Positions 37,905 to 49,903 are shown, counted from the stretch's first letter. The stretch: DNA of 64,000 nucleotides from Carcharhinus longimanus (GCA_030264375.1 JASCQW010000119.1:43812276-43876275); one strand, 5' to 3'. Translations and numbers: made by a program. Notes: generated by a model from the sequence alone, not told the origin.

Positions 37905-38545
37905 TAGAACATAGAACACTACAGCACAAACAGGCCCTTTGGCCCACGAGTTGCGCCGAACACATCAACACCTACCAATCTNNNNNNNNNNNNNNNNNNN
38001 NNNNNNNNNNNNNNNNNNNNNNNNNNNNNNNNNNNNNNNNNNNNNNNNNNNNNNNNNNNNNNNNNNNNNNNNNNNNNNNNNCGGTTCCCTCCTCCAGATC
38101 ATCTATATAAATGGTAAATAGCTGAGGCCCCAGCACCGACCCCTGGGGCACTCCACTCCTTTTGCAGACTTTCAGCATCCTCTGCACACTTTGCTCTGCC
38201 ACTCATCTCAGTGTTATCTGTGAATTTTGACACAATACACTTGGTTCCCAACTCCAAATCATCTATGTAAATCATAAACAATTGTGGTCCCAACTCTGAT
38301 CCCTGAGGCACACCACTAGTCACTGATCGCCAACCAGAAAAACACCCATTTACCACCACTCTTTGCTTCCTGTTAGTTAACCAATCCTCTATCCATGCTA
38401 ATACATAAACTACAACACCATGCACCTTTATCTTATGCAGCAGCCTTTGGTACGGCACCTTGTCAAATGCCTTCTGGAAATCCAGATACACCACATCCAT
38501 AGTTTGTCCATTGTCCACTGCACACGTAATGTTCTCAAAGAATTT
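37905..38545 (-). mobile_element. CR1 pieces: another 3' tail, gap, RT fragment, then the RT part of CR1 copy B (38157-38545)
   Basis: ORF 38099-38644 gives MDVVYLDFQKAFDKVP..WIEDWLTNRKQRV..SGVPQGSELGPQLF.IYIDDL..SKF.D.T. The [10 protein letters not shown] motif occurs twice, marking a junction at ~38157. Confidence 0.9.
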
Positions 38546-39108
38546 GAGAACTGCAAGTTTGAGTTTTAGGAGGGTCAGCAAGCTAAAGAGAAGTGTTTTC
38601 CTTCTCTTGTTGTTTTGAAAATTCTGTTTGTTTGCTGAAAACAAGATCTTGTTTTCTGAAGGATGAAAATCTACTGTTGTTGGAGCTGGACCAGAGTCTC
38701 TCTGGTGTTTTGGGAAGCTGTCTTGTCTTCAAACCGTTCAAGGGCATTTGACTGCAGAATTCAACTAACAGCCTTGATCTCAGAATCACATAAGCATTAA
38801 TCTGTGCTGTGTTGAACCTGTTTAACGGGATTTGTGTAAAGGATTGGTTTGATTGGAACATTGTAGAGATCTTTGTTAAACATCATCATGATTGTTCATA
38901 ATCGATAAAAGTTTGTGCTAATTTTCTTACTATACATGTTAACAATATTCTTAAATAAACTTTGTTTGTAAAAGCTCTCAAGTGGGTCACTTGAATTACA
39001 TCTGAAGTGGAATATCTCATGCTTATCCAAGCTAAATTCAAAATGCAAAACTTATGATTCAGACAGGCTTTATAAAACACTTTGGAGTTTCTAACCTGAA
39101 CCATAACA
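38543..39108 (+). mobile_element. 3' part of the solo LTR (probably Gypsy-type)
   Basis: Non-coding and T-rich, with AATAAA at 38954-38959. Ends ..CCATAACA, after which CR1 copy A resumes in register. Confidence 0.65.
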
Positions 39109-41225
39109 ATTTAACTTAATAGAGAAATGAGAGTAGGAATAGATAGATAATTTCAGCTTGCCAAACTGTCATTAGTGAAGTGCCACAGGGAACAGTGCTG
39201 AGGCCTCAAGCATTTACAATCTTTATTAATTACCTGGGTGAAGAGTATTGTAGCTAAATTTGCAAAACTAGGTACAAAATCAAATTGTTCTGAGGAAACA
39301 AAGAATTTGCAAAGAAACAAAGAAATGATAGGCTAAGTACATTCACAGAAATTTGGCAGATGGAGGATAATGTGGAAAAATGTGAGGTTGTCCACTCTGG
39401 CAGGAAGAATAGAAAAACAAAGTATTATTTAAATGAAAAGAGGCTGGAGAAATCTGTGGTACAGAGGGACTTGGGTGTCCTTAAAAATGAATCATAAAAA
39501 GTAAACATGCAGGTATAGCAAAGAATTAAGAAAGCAAATGGAATTTTGGTCTTTATTGCAAGCAGGATGAAATATAAAAGTAGGGAAGTTTTATTGCATC
39601 TGTAAGGGTATTGGTGAGATCATACCTCGAGTATTGTGTATCCTACTTATGGAAGCATATATTTGCATTAGAAGAAATTCGGAGAAGGTTCTCGAGGCTA
39701 ATTCCTAGGATGTAGGCGCTGTCTTATTAGGAAAGGTTGAGCAGATAGGGCTGATACTCATTGGTGTTACGTAGAATGAGAGGTGATCTTATTGAAAGAT
39801 ACAAGATTCTCAGCAAGTTAGACGGGATAGATGCTGAGTGAATGTTTCCCCTGTGGGAAATCTAGAACTAGGGAGCACAGGTTAAAAACAAGGGATCGCA
39901 TGTTTAAAACTGAGGTGAAGAGAAATTTATTCTTTTAGAAGATTGGAATTCTCTTCTGCAAACAGCCCTGGAGGGTGGGTCATTGAATATAGTCAAGATT
40001 GAGTTAGACAGACTTTTATTCAATAAGACAGTCAAGGATTATGGGGAACAGACAAGAAAATGGGCTTTATTTGATTTTTTAAATTGATTTGATTTATTGT
40101 TGCCACATGTATTAGCATACAATGAAAAGTATTGTTTCTTGTGCGCTACACAGACAAAACTCTGCTCATCGAGAAGGAAACAAGACAGTGCAGAATGTAG
40201 TGTTATAGTCATTGCTAGGGTGTAGAAAAAGATTAACTTAAGGCAAAGTAAGTCCATTCAAAAGTCTGACAGCAGCAGGGAAGAAGCTGTTCTTGAGTCA
40301 GTTAGTACATGACCTCAGAGTTTGTATCTTTTTCCCGAAGGAAGAAGGTGGAAGAGAGAATGTCTGGGGTGTGTAGGGTCCTTAATTGTGCTGGCTGCTT
40401 TGCCAAGGCAGTGGGAAGTGTAGACAGAGTCAATGGATGGGAGGCTAGTTTGCCTGATAGATTGGGCTACATTTGCTACATTTGTGGTTCCTTGCGGTCT
40501 TGGGCAGTGCAGGAGCCATACCAACCTGTGATACAACCAGAAAGAATGCTTTCCATCTGTTAAAGTTGGTAAGAGTCATAGCTGACATGCCAAATTTCCT
40601 TAGTCTTCTGAGAGAGTAGAGGCATTGGTGGGCTTTCTTAACTATAATGTTGGCAAGGGGGGACCAGGACAAGTTGTTGGTGATCTGGACACCTAAAAAC
40701 CTGAAGCTCTCGACCCTTTCTACTTCATCTCCATTGATGTAGACAGGGGCATATTCTCCTTTACGCTTCCTGACGTTGATAACAATCTCCTTTGTTTTAT
40801 TGACATTGAGGGAGAGGTTATTGTTGCCATACCATACACCAGATTCTCTATCTCATTCTTTTATTCTGCCCCATCATTGTTTGAGATCTGACCCACTATG
40901 TGGTGTCATCAGCAAACTTGAAAATTGAATTGGAGGGGAATTTGGCCACACAGTTGTAGGTGTATAAGGAGTATAGTAGGGAGCTGAGAATATAGCTTTG
41001 TGGGGCACCGGTGTTGAGGATTATTGTGGAGGAGGTGTTGTTTCCTATCCTTACTATTGTGGCGAGTTAGGAAGTTCAGGATCCAGTTGCAGAAGGAGGT
41101 GCTGAGGCCCAGGCCACGGAGTAAGACAACAGTTAGATCAGTTATGATCTTAATGAATACCAGAGCAGGTTGGTGGTTGTGGTGGTGGGAGCGGGGGGCT
41201 GGTTCTTAAAGGCTGATGTCTAGTC
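39109..41225 (+). mobile_element. CR1 LINE copy A, 3' part (RT to 3' UTR), with a Rex1 insertion at 40068-41117
   Basis: SEVPQGTVLRPQAFTIFIN..WQME.NVEKCEVVHSG..QRDLGVL..KKANGIL..HLEYCV-like blocks. The 3' UTR resumes at ~41118 (AGATCAGTTATGATCTTAATGAAT). Confidence 0.85.
40068..41117 (-). mobile_element. Rex1/Babar-clade LINE, 3' ~1 kb
   Basis: KFADDT-like motif, KKAHQCLYSLRRLRKFGMSAMTLTNF, IKDPTHPRHSLFHLLPSGKRY, and an (ATCAA)n tail. Confidence 0.88.
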
Positions 41226-41234
41226 ATCCAGTTC

Positions 41235-41750
41235 ATGGCATCAGACTAACGTCCATGTCTGCTACAATTCTCACCAACTTTTACAGATGGTTCTATCACA
41301 GCTTGGTATGGCTCCTGCTGCGTCCAAAACAGCAAGAAACTACAAAGGGTCACGAATGAAGCCCAGTCCATCACTTAAACCAGCCTCACATCAATTGACA
41401 CTGTCTACTCTTCCCGTTGCCTTGGAAAAGCAGCCAGCATAATCAAGGACCCCACACATCCTGGGCATATTCTCTTCCCCCTTCTTCCATTGGGAAAAAG
41501 ATACAAAAATCTGAAACCATGTATCAATGGACTCAAAAACAGCTTCTTCCCTGTTGCCATCAGACTTTTGAATGGACCTACCTCGCATTAAGTTGATTTT
41601 TCTCTGCACCCTAGTTATGACTGCAGAAGTACATTTTGCACTCCCTCTTTTCCTTCTCTACGTAAAGCATGTTTTGTCTGTATAGTGCACAAGAAACAAT
41701 GCTTTTCACTGTATACTAATACATGTGACAATAATAAATCAAATCAAATT
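41235..41750 (+). mobile_element. Rex1/Babar-clade LINE, 3' ~500 bp
   Basis: Reverse complement of 40070-40590, ending AATAATAAATCAAATCAAAT. Confidence 0.88.
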
Positions 41751-42169
41751 CACCACCAAGATGTTATTAGGATCCCAATGACAATTATATTATTAAGTAG
41801 AATTATGTCTTTTACACCCTTATATGCATTCGACATAACCAATTCTGGACTAATAGTACACCTATACAAGCACATTGATTTAGTATTAAATATATTAAAA
41901 CATTCTGCAAAATAGACAGACATTCAGCTTCAGCTATATGTTTACAGAAACAAGTTTTTTGATAATTGATGGTATCATTACAAAATAAAAAAAATACAGA
42001 ACCTTGATGATACTCTTTGTAGTTTAGAGGAAGTAAGCTTCACGTTCTGTAAACAGACAGTAACGTAACAAACTTCAGCATCTTCGTCACTACTTAAAGC
42101 AATGTTGAATATCTCAGTCTGTCTGAAAGGAATAGGGTAGGAATGTATTCCATTTCTTCCTCGTGTGAA

Positions 42170-42492
42170 ATTAGAATCGTAGAATCCTGCAGTGCAGAAG
42201 GAGGCCATTTGACCCCATTGAGTCTGCACTGACCACAATCCCACCCAAGCCCTATTGCCATAACCCCACATATTTTCTCTGCCATTCCCCTGACACTAGG
42301 GTCAACATAGCAGGGCCAATCAACCTAACTCTTTGAAGTGTGGGAGGAAACCAGAGCACCTAGAGGATACCCATGCAGACACAGGGGGAATGTGCAAACT
42401 CCACACAGACAGTGACCTGAGGCTGGAAGTAAACCTGGATGCCTGGTGCTGTGAGGCAGCAGTGCTAACCACTGTGCCACTGTGTCACCGCC
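42170..42492 (-). mobile_element. HE1 V-SINE, full length
   Basis: TAGAATCGTAGAATCCTGCAGTGCAGAAGGAGGCCATT..GTGAGGCAGCAGTGCTAACCACTGTGCCAC. Confidence 0.92.
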
Positions 42493-43860
42493 CATGGTTC
42501 ACAATTCATATCATCTGCAAATTTTTGAAACTTCCTGTAGACCAAGGTCTTGGTCATTAATATTTCTCAAGAACAAAAGGGATCCTAATACTGATCCCTG
42601 GAGAACTTCACTATCACGGGTTGCCCTTTAGACATGGCACTCAATTAAAGTGCAGCCAAGCTTTGCTAGGGGGTTTAGGCCCCACCCCACTCCCTGCATG
42701 ATAGCATGAAACTCACCCAGCTATCTTTTTTTGATAGAATGTGGTAAGATCTGGAGAGAAAACCAACATGTTTTTCTGGAGAGAAATATGCAGTTTTTCT
42801 AACCAGAATCAACACTCTGCCAAATTGTGGTAAGATGGCTCACTGCCTAGCATCCTCCACATTCATTCCAGGGGTGGCAGGCCTGAATCCCAGAGAATCC
42901 CAGAAACAAAATATGACCTTCTAGGGATATTTCCTATCTCTGCACTTTGAACCAGGGAGAATATTTCATGCCGTTGTCTATGATCTGCCTACTGATTCAC
43001 AATTCTCTGCATTCAATTCCCTCTGCCATTTGTCCACTCATACTGGTAACTTCTCCACATCCCTTTGAAGTTCTTCAGTATCGCCCCTTCCCCCATGGTT
43101 CACAATTCATATTGTCTGCAAATTTTTGAAACTGTTCTGTAGACCAAAGTCTTGGTCATTAACAAAAAAAATCAAGAAGAGGGGTCCTAATACTGATCCT
43201 TGGAGAACTTCACTGTTACAGTGACACAACAGTTAACACTGCTGCCTCACAGTACTAGGGATGTGGGTTCGATTCCCGGCTTGGGTCACCCTCTGTGTGG
43301 AGTCTGCATGTTCTTCACATGTCTGCGTGGGTTTCCTCAGGGTGCTCCAGTTTCTCCCCATAGTCCAAAAGACATGCTGGTTAGGTGCATTGGCCACGCT
43401 AAATTCTCCCTCAGTGTACCCAAACAGGCGCCAGAGTGTGATGACTGGGGGATTTTCACAGTATCTCCATTGCAATGTTAATGTAAGCCTACTTGTGACT
43501 CTAATAAATAAACTTAAAAACTCCCAGTCCAAAAACAATCAGTAACCACTACTTCTTGTTTTGCAGATGTCAGTTGAGCAATTTTGCATCCACGTCTTTT
43601 ATTCCATCAGCTCGAACACATCACAAACTTGCTGTCCATGTGAACCACATCAACATCATTAGCCTCACAAATCCTCTCTTGTTACCTCATCAAAAACTCA
43701 GGCAAGTTAGTTAAACTCCATTTGTTCCAAATAAATTCATGCCGCCTTTCTTTAATTAACCCGTATTTTCAAGTGACTATTAATTTTTCTCCTAATTATT
43801 GGTTCTAAAAGCTTCCCTACCTCTGAGGATAAATCGTAGTTGCTGGGCTTATCTTTAAAA
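42490..43860 (-). mobile_element. Old CR1 RT fragments with a local duplication and a nested type-B SINE (43218-43515, +)
   Basis: Antisense SEVLQGSVLG..SKICR.. blocks occur twice. A further block AAACTCAGGCAAGTTAGTTAAAC lies at ~43700. Confidence 0.7.
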
Positions 43861-44644
43861 TGGTTATATTAAAATGGAAATTTATCTTAGTGAGCAAATA
43901 AAGGCAGTAATTGAAATTATCATTTCCTCCTGCCAAAATGTGAATGGTTGTTAAAATAGGGAAGCTAACATTTCACTGAAAAGTGAAATGGTTTTTCTTT
44001 GCTGGAGCAAATTGGAGTTTTTTTTTCCCCTGGTCTTGTTTTGAACTACAAAGGCTACAGATAGTTCACAACGCAGGGCTCCCACTGCCTCACTGCTCAT
44101 CTTGATGCATAGAAATAGATTGCATTAATCAAACATTTTCACACTTATTTAATCTGGTTACAATTAGCTGAGACTGCACATCCCTGAAGCCTATCAGACA
44201 TGCCAGATAGCCCGCAACGTACAGCTTCTACAATCGCATGCTGACAGCGCTTTTAAAAAAAACAGATTTTTATAATGCACCGTGAAATTACAATGTGATT
44301 TTACCTCACCACAAAAGTTTCTAAACAAGCCTGCCCAATTCTGCATACCTGCATCAAGCTGCTGAACATGACAAGGTCAAGTTCACTACATGTTTTGAAG
44401 GGATTTCACTCACAAATCAACCGTTTCAATAGCATCACCATGTTCTCTTTCTTCTCTGTAGATGCACATGGTAATTCTGAAACTTTAGATGGTTTGTGTT
44501 ATTTTGTTGAAGCAGAGCTTCAGCTTCAACCTCGTACAAGTCTTCTTTAGAAATTGATTCAGGAGACTGGTGGTTTGGAGCAGGTTACTAATGGTTAGGT
44601 AGTTTACACCAATATCTGTGAACTGGCAACAGACATATATCAAA

Positions 44645-45080
44645 GTATCCCTACGGTGCAGAAGAGTCCGCACCGACTCTGACAGAGTAACTTACCGAAG
44701 CCCACTTCTGCCATCCTATCCTTGTAACCCCACACGTTTCCCATGGCTAATCCATGTAATCTACACATTTTGGGACACTGCGGGTGGAATTTTACCAGCA
44801 CATCCGCCCAAGATTCGTGCGATCCCGCCCAAGGCCAACAGAGAATGCTGTTCCCTGAGCCTCGCCCACCCCCGGAATTGGGGCGGGCGTACTGGTAAAA
44901 TTCTGGCCAATTTAGCATGGCCAATTCATTCAAGCTGCACATCCTTTGATTGTGGGAGGAAAGCGCGACAAGCGAGGAAACCCACACAGACACGGGGAGA
45001 ATATGCAAGTGCCACACAGATGGTCAACCATGCCAGAATTGAACCCAGGTCCCTAGTGCTAACTACTGTGCCACCATGCT
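44645..45080 (-). mobile_element. HE1 V-SINE carrying a MITE
   Basis: The SINE is split at GGACACT|..|AATTTAGCATGGCC. Confidence 0.85.
44782..44908. mobile_element. 127-bp Harbinger-type MITE
   Basis: TIRs GGGTGGAATTTTACCAG / CTGGTAAAATTCTGGCC with a 12-bp perfect core. A second copy lies at 17509-17635. Confidence 0.85.
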
Positions 45081-47319
45081 GCAGATATACATCCTGACTT
45101 TATTTTGGGATGAGGTCCTTGTATACAAGTAGCCTGGCAAATATAAACACTTATGATGGAGATTTTAACTCCTTAGGTTTCATTCATATATCCAAATCCA
45201 AACTATACCAAAACCCACTAGACCTTTTATGGGAGCAAACGTTTGATTTGTGAGAAAAATAATCTGGGGAAATGGTCTCAGCAGGCAGGTAAGTGATAAA
45301 AGGTGAGGAAGGGTGGCACCTGCTTATGCGGAAAGGGAGGGAGAAATATGGGGCAAGAGAGGGTCATGGTTTCCTCCTCCTTCAGACCCATGACAAAACC
45401 ATAAATCCCAGAATAGATGATATATTGAATAGATTAGATTTATTGCAATATTAAGACGATATACGAAATTTACTATTGTGACCGTGATGAATGGCAGAGC
45501 AGGCTGTCAGGGCCTCCTCCTGCTCCTATCTTCTACGTTTCTATGTATTAAACAACAGAAAATTTAGCAAGGATTGGTTTGAGTGGCCACCAATCTAAAT
45601 TGATGTTGTTTGAAACTCCATTGTTCTGATTTTCCTGATCTCTGAATTTGGACTTCACAAACAAAATGTTTAATTTTAAGATCTTGTCAGCTCTAATGGA
45701 TATGAATAAAAACATGCAGAACCAATGTGCACCATCAAAACCCCAGACTGATCCAACAAGGTCAAACCTAAATAATCTTAATTGTTCCCCTCTGCATCAA
45801 TTAGATTTTGAAACAACTGCAGAGTACATCCCTCCCAAAATGAATGCTGCGCTTTCAATATACAATTTCTGTGCATTGCTTGTGAATATAAGGGGGAGTA
45901 TCAGCTGACAATTTATCACTGGCAGTAATTGTGGTGAAATTATGCAAATTTACCACCTCAACAACCATAATTGAACAGCTTGACCTTCATTGACAATTAT
46001 GGGTTAGTTTCTGCTACTGGTGAGTCCTCTGTGATGCAAATGTAAAATCACCAAATTAAAAATTTTGGTTGAGTAGTTTTCAAAGGAGAGGAACACAATT
46101 AAAAGATAACCGCATCTGCAACAGAACTAGCCACATCACCAATGCCCCGTAACGCATGCACTGAAATAGCAGGTAAAGTTAGTCTCACTTGCACTATGTG
46201 ATTCTATGACTCTATAAGGTACTCACAGCAAAAAAATAGATATTGCAACCTTCAAGTAATGTCTACATTTCAAATGATTCTCAACAAATTGAGGGGATAA
46301 AGCTTTCAGGGGAAGCAGCAGGACACCAAATCCACAGATAAACCTCCTCAGCTGTGATAAAGTATTTTTTTTCAATATTTACTATATAGACTCTTACATT
46401 TCTGAGGGAGGCTATTCGGCCTGCCATGTTTGTGACAGGTCTTTAAAAGGTCTATTCAATTAGTCCAATCATTTACCATATACACGATGGCAATATTTTG
46501 CTTCATATTATTTTTGGACACTTTTGTATTGGTCTTTATTTTCTTTTGTCTGCGGTCTAGAATTATAAATATAACAACGGCTTCATAGTCCAACAGAGTA
46601 AACAAATAATTTGATTCTTGGATGATGCATGTTTAGGAAGAAAAATGGAAGGAACCTTCACTTCATCATATCAAAAGGAGGTAAAAGATAACTGAGGCAG
46701 GGACTAAGAAAGAGAAAAGATCACATTGGAATTTCAAATCGTAATACAAGCTCCTTACATCAAGGAGACAGTAAATGGCAAGAAGGTACTGAAAATGTCT
46801 AACCATATTGTGCAATCTACTCGACAACAAATGCGAAGTAGCCTTCACTAACAATCGCAAGGTTATCCAGCCAGTTAGCATAATAGCCAATCTGTTAACT
46901 GCATTGATCTATCATCAGTCACACTGCTTCATGCAGCTCAGGGGTGTAATATGTCAAAGCTCTTCTGAGTTGTCTGCCTTCCCAGTCTGACAGGATTGAG
47001 AGGGTAGCATAAGTTACTGTTGCTATTGTTCTACTTCTATGTGAGGCTCCCTAGGCAGACTGAATCCTCATGCTCATTCATCCACTGATGCTAAACATAT
47101 TTAGTTATGAAGCAAACAATGTTTGAGGGGTTTCCTCAAGAACTCACTCCACAGACAGGCGTCAGGGAACACAGGTATTCATTGCAGGCCTTAATCACTC
47201 CACAGTCCAAACTATAACTGCCCTCTCAGGGCAGTTCCCAGGTAGATCACTGCACACCCGGGCTCACCTGACAAATTTCCTTAAAGGGGCTATATCCCAA
47301 CATACATAACAAACAGTGG

Positions 47320-47780
47320 AGATGTGATGGCCTCGCAGTATTATCGCTAGACTATTAATCCAGAGACTCAGCTAATGTTCTCGGGACCTGGGTTCGAATC
47401 CCACAGCAAATGGTAGAATTTGAATTCAATAAAAGAAAATCTGGAATTACAAATCTACTGATGGCCATAAAAACATCATATTCATTATTGCAAAAANNNN
47501 NNNNNNNNNNNNNNNNNNNNNNNNNNNNNNNNNNNNNNNNNNNNNNNNNNNNNNNNNNNNNNNNNNNNNNNNNNNNNNNNNNNNNNNNNNNNNNNNAAAA
47601 CAGTTGGTTCACTATTGCCCTTTAGGGAAGGAAACTTACCATTCTTACCTGGTCTGGCCTACATGTGACTCCAGACCCATAGCAAAGTGGTTAACTCTCA
47701 ACTGCCCTCAGGCAATTAGGGATGGGCAATAAGTGCTGGCCAGCCAACAACGCTCATGCCCCATGGAAGAATTTTTAAAA
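47320..47780 (+). mobile_element. tRNA-derived SINE family C spanning a gap
   Basis: B-box GGTTCGAATCCC, body TTTAGGGAAGGAAA..CTTACCTGGTCTGGCCTACATGTGACTCCAGACCCA, tail GGCAATTAGGGATGGGCAATAA. Confidence 0.8.
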
Positions 47781-47789
47781 ATCAGTATT

Positions 47790-49903
47790 ACTTTGATATT
47801 TTATATACAATATTCTTATTTTAAGCAAAGAGTTGTTAACTCAAACACTTTTTCATTAGGTTCTTTTCCTTTATGCACAGAAATTAGATACCATTTCATA
47901 TTAACAACCAGCAACAGAAAATCTGATGGAAACTTGAAAGCGCCCACCTGGGATAAATCCCCTAACCCCATGTTGAGCATTGCCAATTTTGGATTATTTT
48001 GTTCTACGTTGTATTCCTTTATTATCTAACTCTTATTTTACTTAATTTACATATATAGGTAGTTTTCCTGATTTGCTATAAAATATCCAAATATTTTAGT
48101 AGTGCCTCTTCACATTAAGTGTAGCAGTCTCCTTTCCAAAATACTTTTCCAAAAAGAAATGAAGCCTAGTTTAAAGTATATAAACTCCAATTCTAGGATT
48201 GAAACAGCAAATGATAGAGGTTCTGTGGCAACAAAATTCATAGCTGATTGATATTATACAATGCAAAGGAAGCTGGAATGTCTGAGAGCAAGCATTTCTG
48301 TATGTCAACTGAAAATATTAAACCCTACTTCTAATTTGACTTCAATATCATTAGCTCCCTAAAGAGCAAGAAAGCATTAACCTGATTTATTTAGATAATA
48401 TCAGCTAACTAATAACTGTTTTAATTGATTTTGTAGTCAAAGTACCTTATCTACTGCAGTCAGTTTAATATTTTGCAGAAAGTGTAAAGTAACGGTAATA
48501 ACATTTTTTTTTGGTCAGCAATGTCTCTGACCTGAATGAAAATCCATTTATGTGGATACAAATCTTCGATGCATCTTACGCAAGTGGTACTGCTGCTTGT
48601 AAGGAAATGCAGATTCACTCTCCAACTTGCATAATACCTGATAATTTGATGATAGAACTTGCATTCCGTCNNNNNNNNNNNNNNNNNNNNNNNNNNNNNN
48701 NNNNNNNNNNNNNNNNNNNNNNNNNNNNNNNNNNNNNNNNNNNNNNNNNNNNNNNNNNNNNNNNNNNNNNCTTGCATTCCGTCGCATATGGTTTCTTAGG
48801 ACATCTCAAGACATTTAATATCCATTCCTTTAAGATAGTCACTGTTGTTTTGTAGTCCAAAGGAACAGTGAATTTTGCATAGTGACCAAACAGTGACGGA
48901 GAAGAATGACCTCTTGATCTGCTTCAGGTAGCATTTGCTGAGAGAAATACGTTGACTGGTACACAAGGTGAACTCTGCTTTTCTTTGATTAGTGCCCACC
49001 TGAGTAGCAAGCCCAGCCATTAGTTCAACATCTTGCCAAAAGGCAGCATCTCCAACATTGCAGTACTCTTGTAATACTGCACTGAAGTTTACACTAGGTA
49101 GATGAACCCTGGTTGCAGAACCCAGATTTACAAATGTTTAATTCAAGGCTTGGGAGTGCTATTGAATGAATCATGTTGACGCATGTTGACTGATCTCTGA
49201 TGCTCACTCATCTACTATTTAGTTTTGAAGTAAATGATCACTGCTGCTTTGATATTTTATATGTAATATTCTTATTTTTAGAACTGTTAATCTTTTTCAT
49301 GAGGTTTTTTTTCCCTTTGTGCATATAAATTAGATACCATTTCATATTAAAAACCAGTAAGAGTAAGAGAAAATCTGAAGGAAACTTGCAAATGTTCACA
49401 TGGGATATATCCCCCAACCCCATGTTGGGCATTGGCACTTATTGGATTTTTTTGTCGTACGTTGTATTTGTTCATTATCCATTTCTTTGAATTCTTATTC
49501 CATCCTTAAAAACCAATGCTCAGAGTGGACCGGGCAAATCTACATCAATTCCTTACTTGCTCCAAAAAGTAAATTCAAAATCCATTTGAATCCAATTCCT
49601 GTCCCCACAAGAGAGAGACAAACAAGACTCAAGAATGCAAGATAAGGCATTGCTCCCCATCTTGAGATGGATCTAAGGCTTGAGCTTAGCCAAACCATAG
49701 AAATACAGTAGATAGGAGCAGGAGGAGGCCATTTGGACCTTCAAGCCAAATTCATCACAATCATAGCTGATCATCCGACTCAATAGCCTAATCCTGCTTT
49801 CTTCCCGTAACCTTTGATCCCATTCACCCCCAGTGCCTGGTAACTTCTAAATTGCTACAAAATACCTGAACATTTTAGTGTCCTTTCAAATTAAGTGTAG
49901 CAA
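47790..49903 (+). repeat. Diverged direct duplication (47790-48127 vs 49249-49500 plus 49850-49903)
   Basis: Shared blocks TTGATATTTTATAT, AAATTAGATACCATTTCATATTAA, GAAAATCTGA.GGAAACTTG, TGGGATA.ATCCCC.AACCCCATGTTG.GCATTG, ATTAAGTGTAGCA. Confidence 0.85.
48860..49185 (-). mobile_element. DeuSINE relic
   Basis: CCACCTGAG..AAAAGGCAGCATCTCCAACATTGCAGTACTC..TACTGCACTGAAGT is antisense Deu-domain-like and homologous to 23720-23878. Confidence 0.6.
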
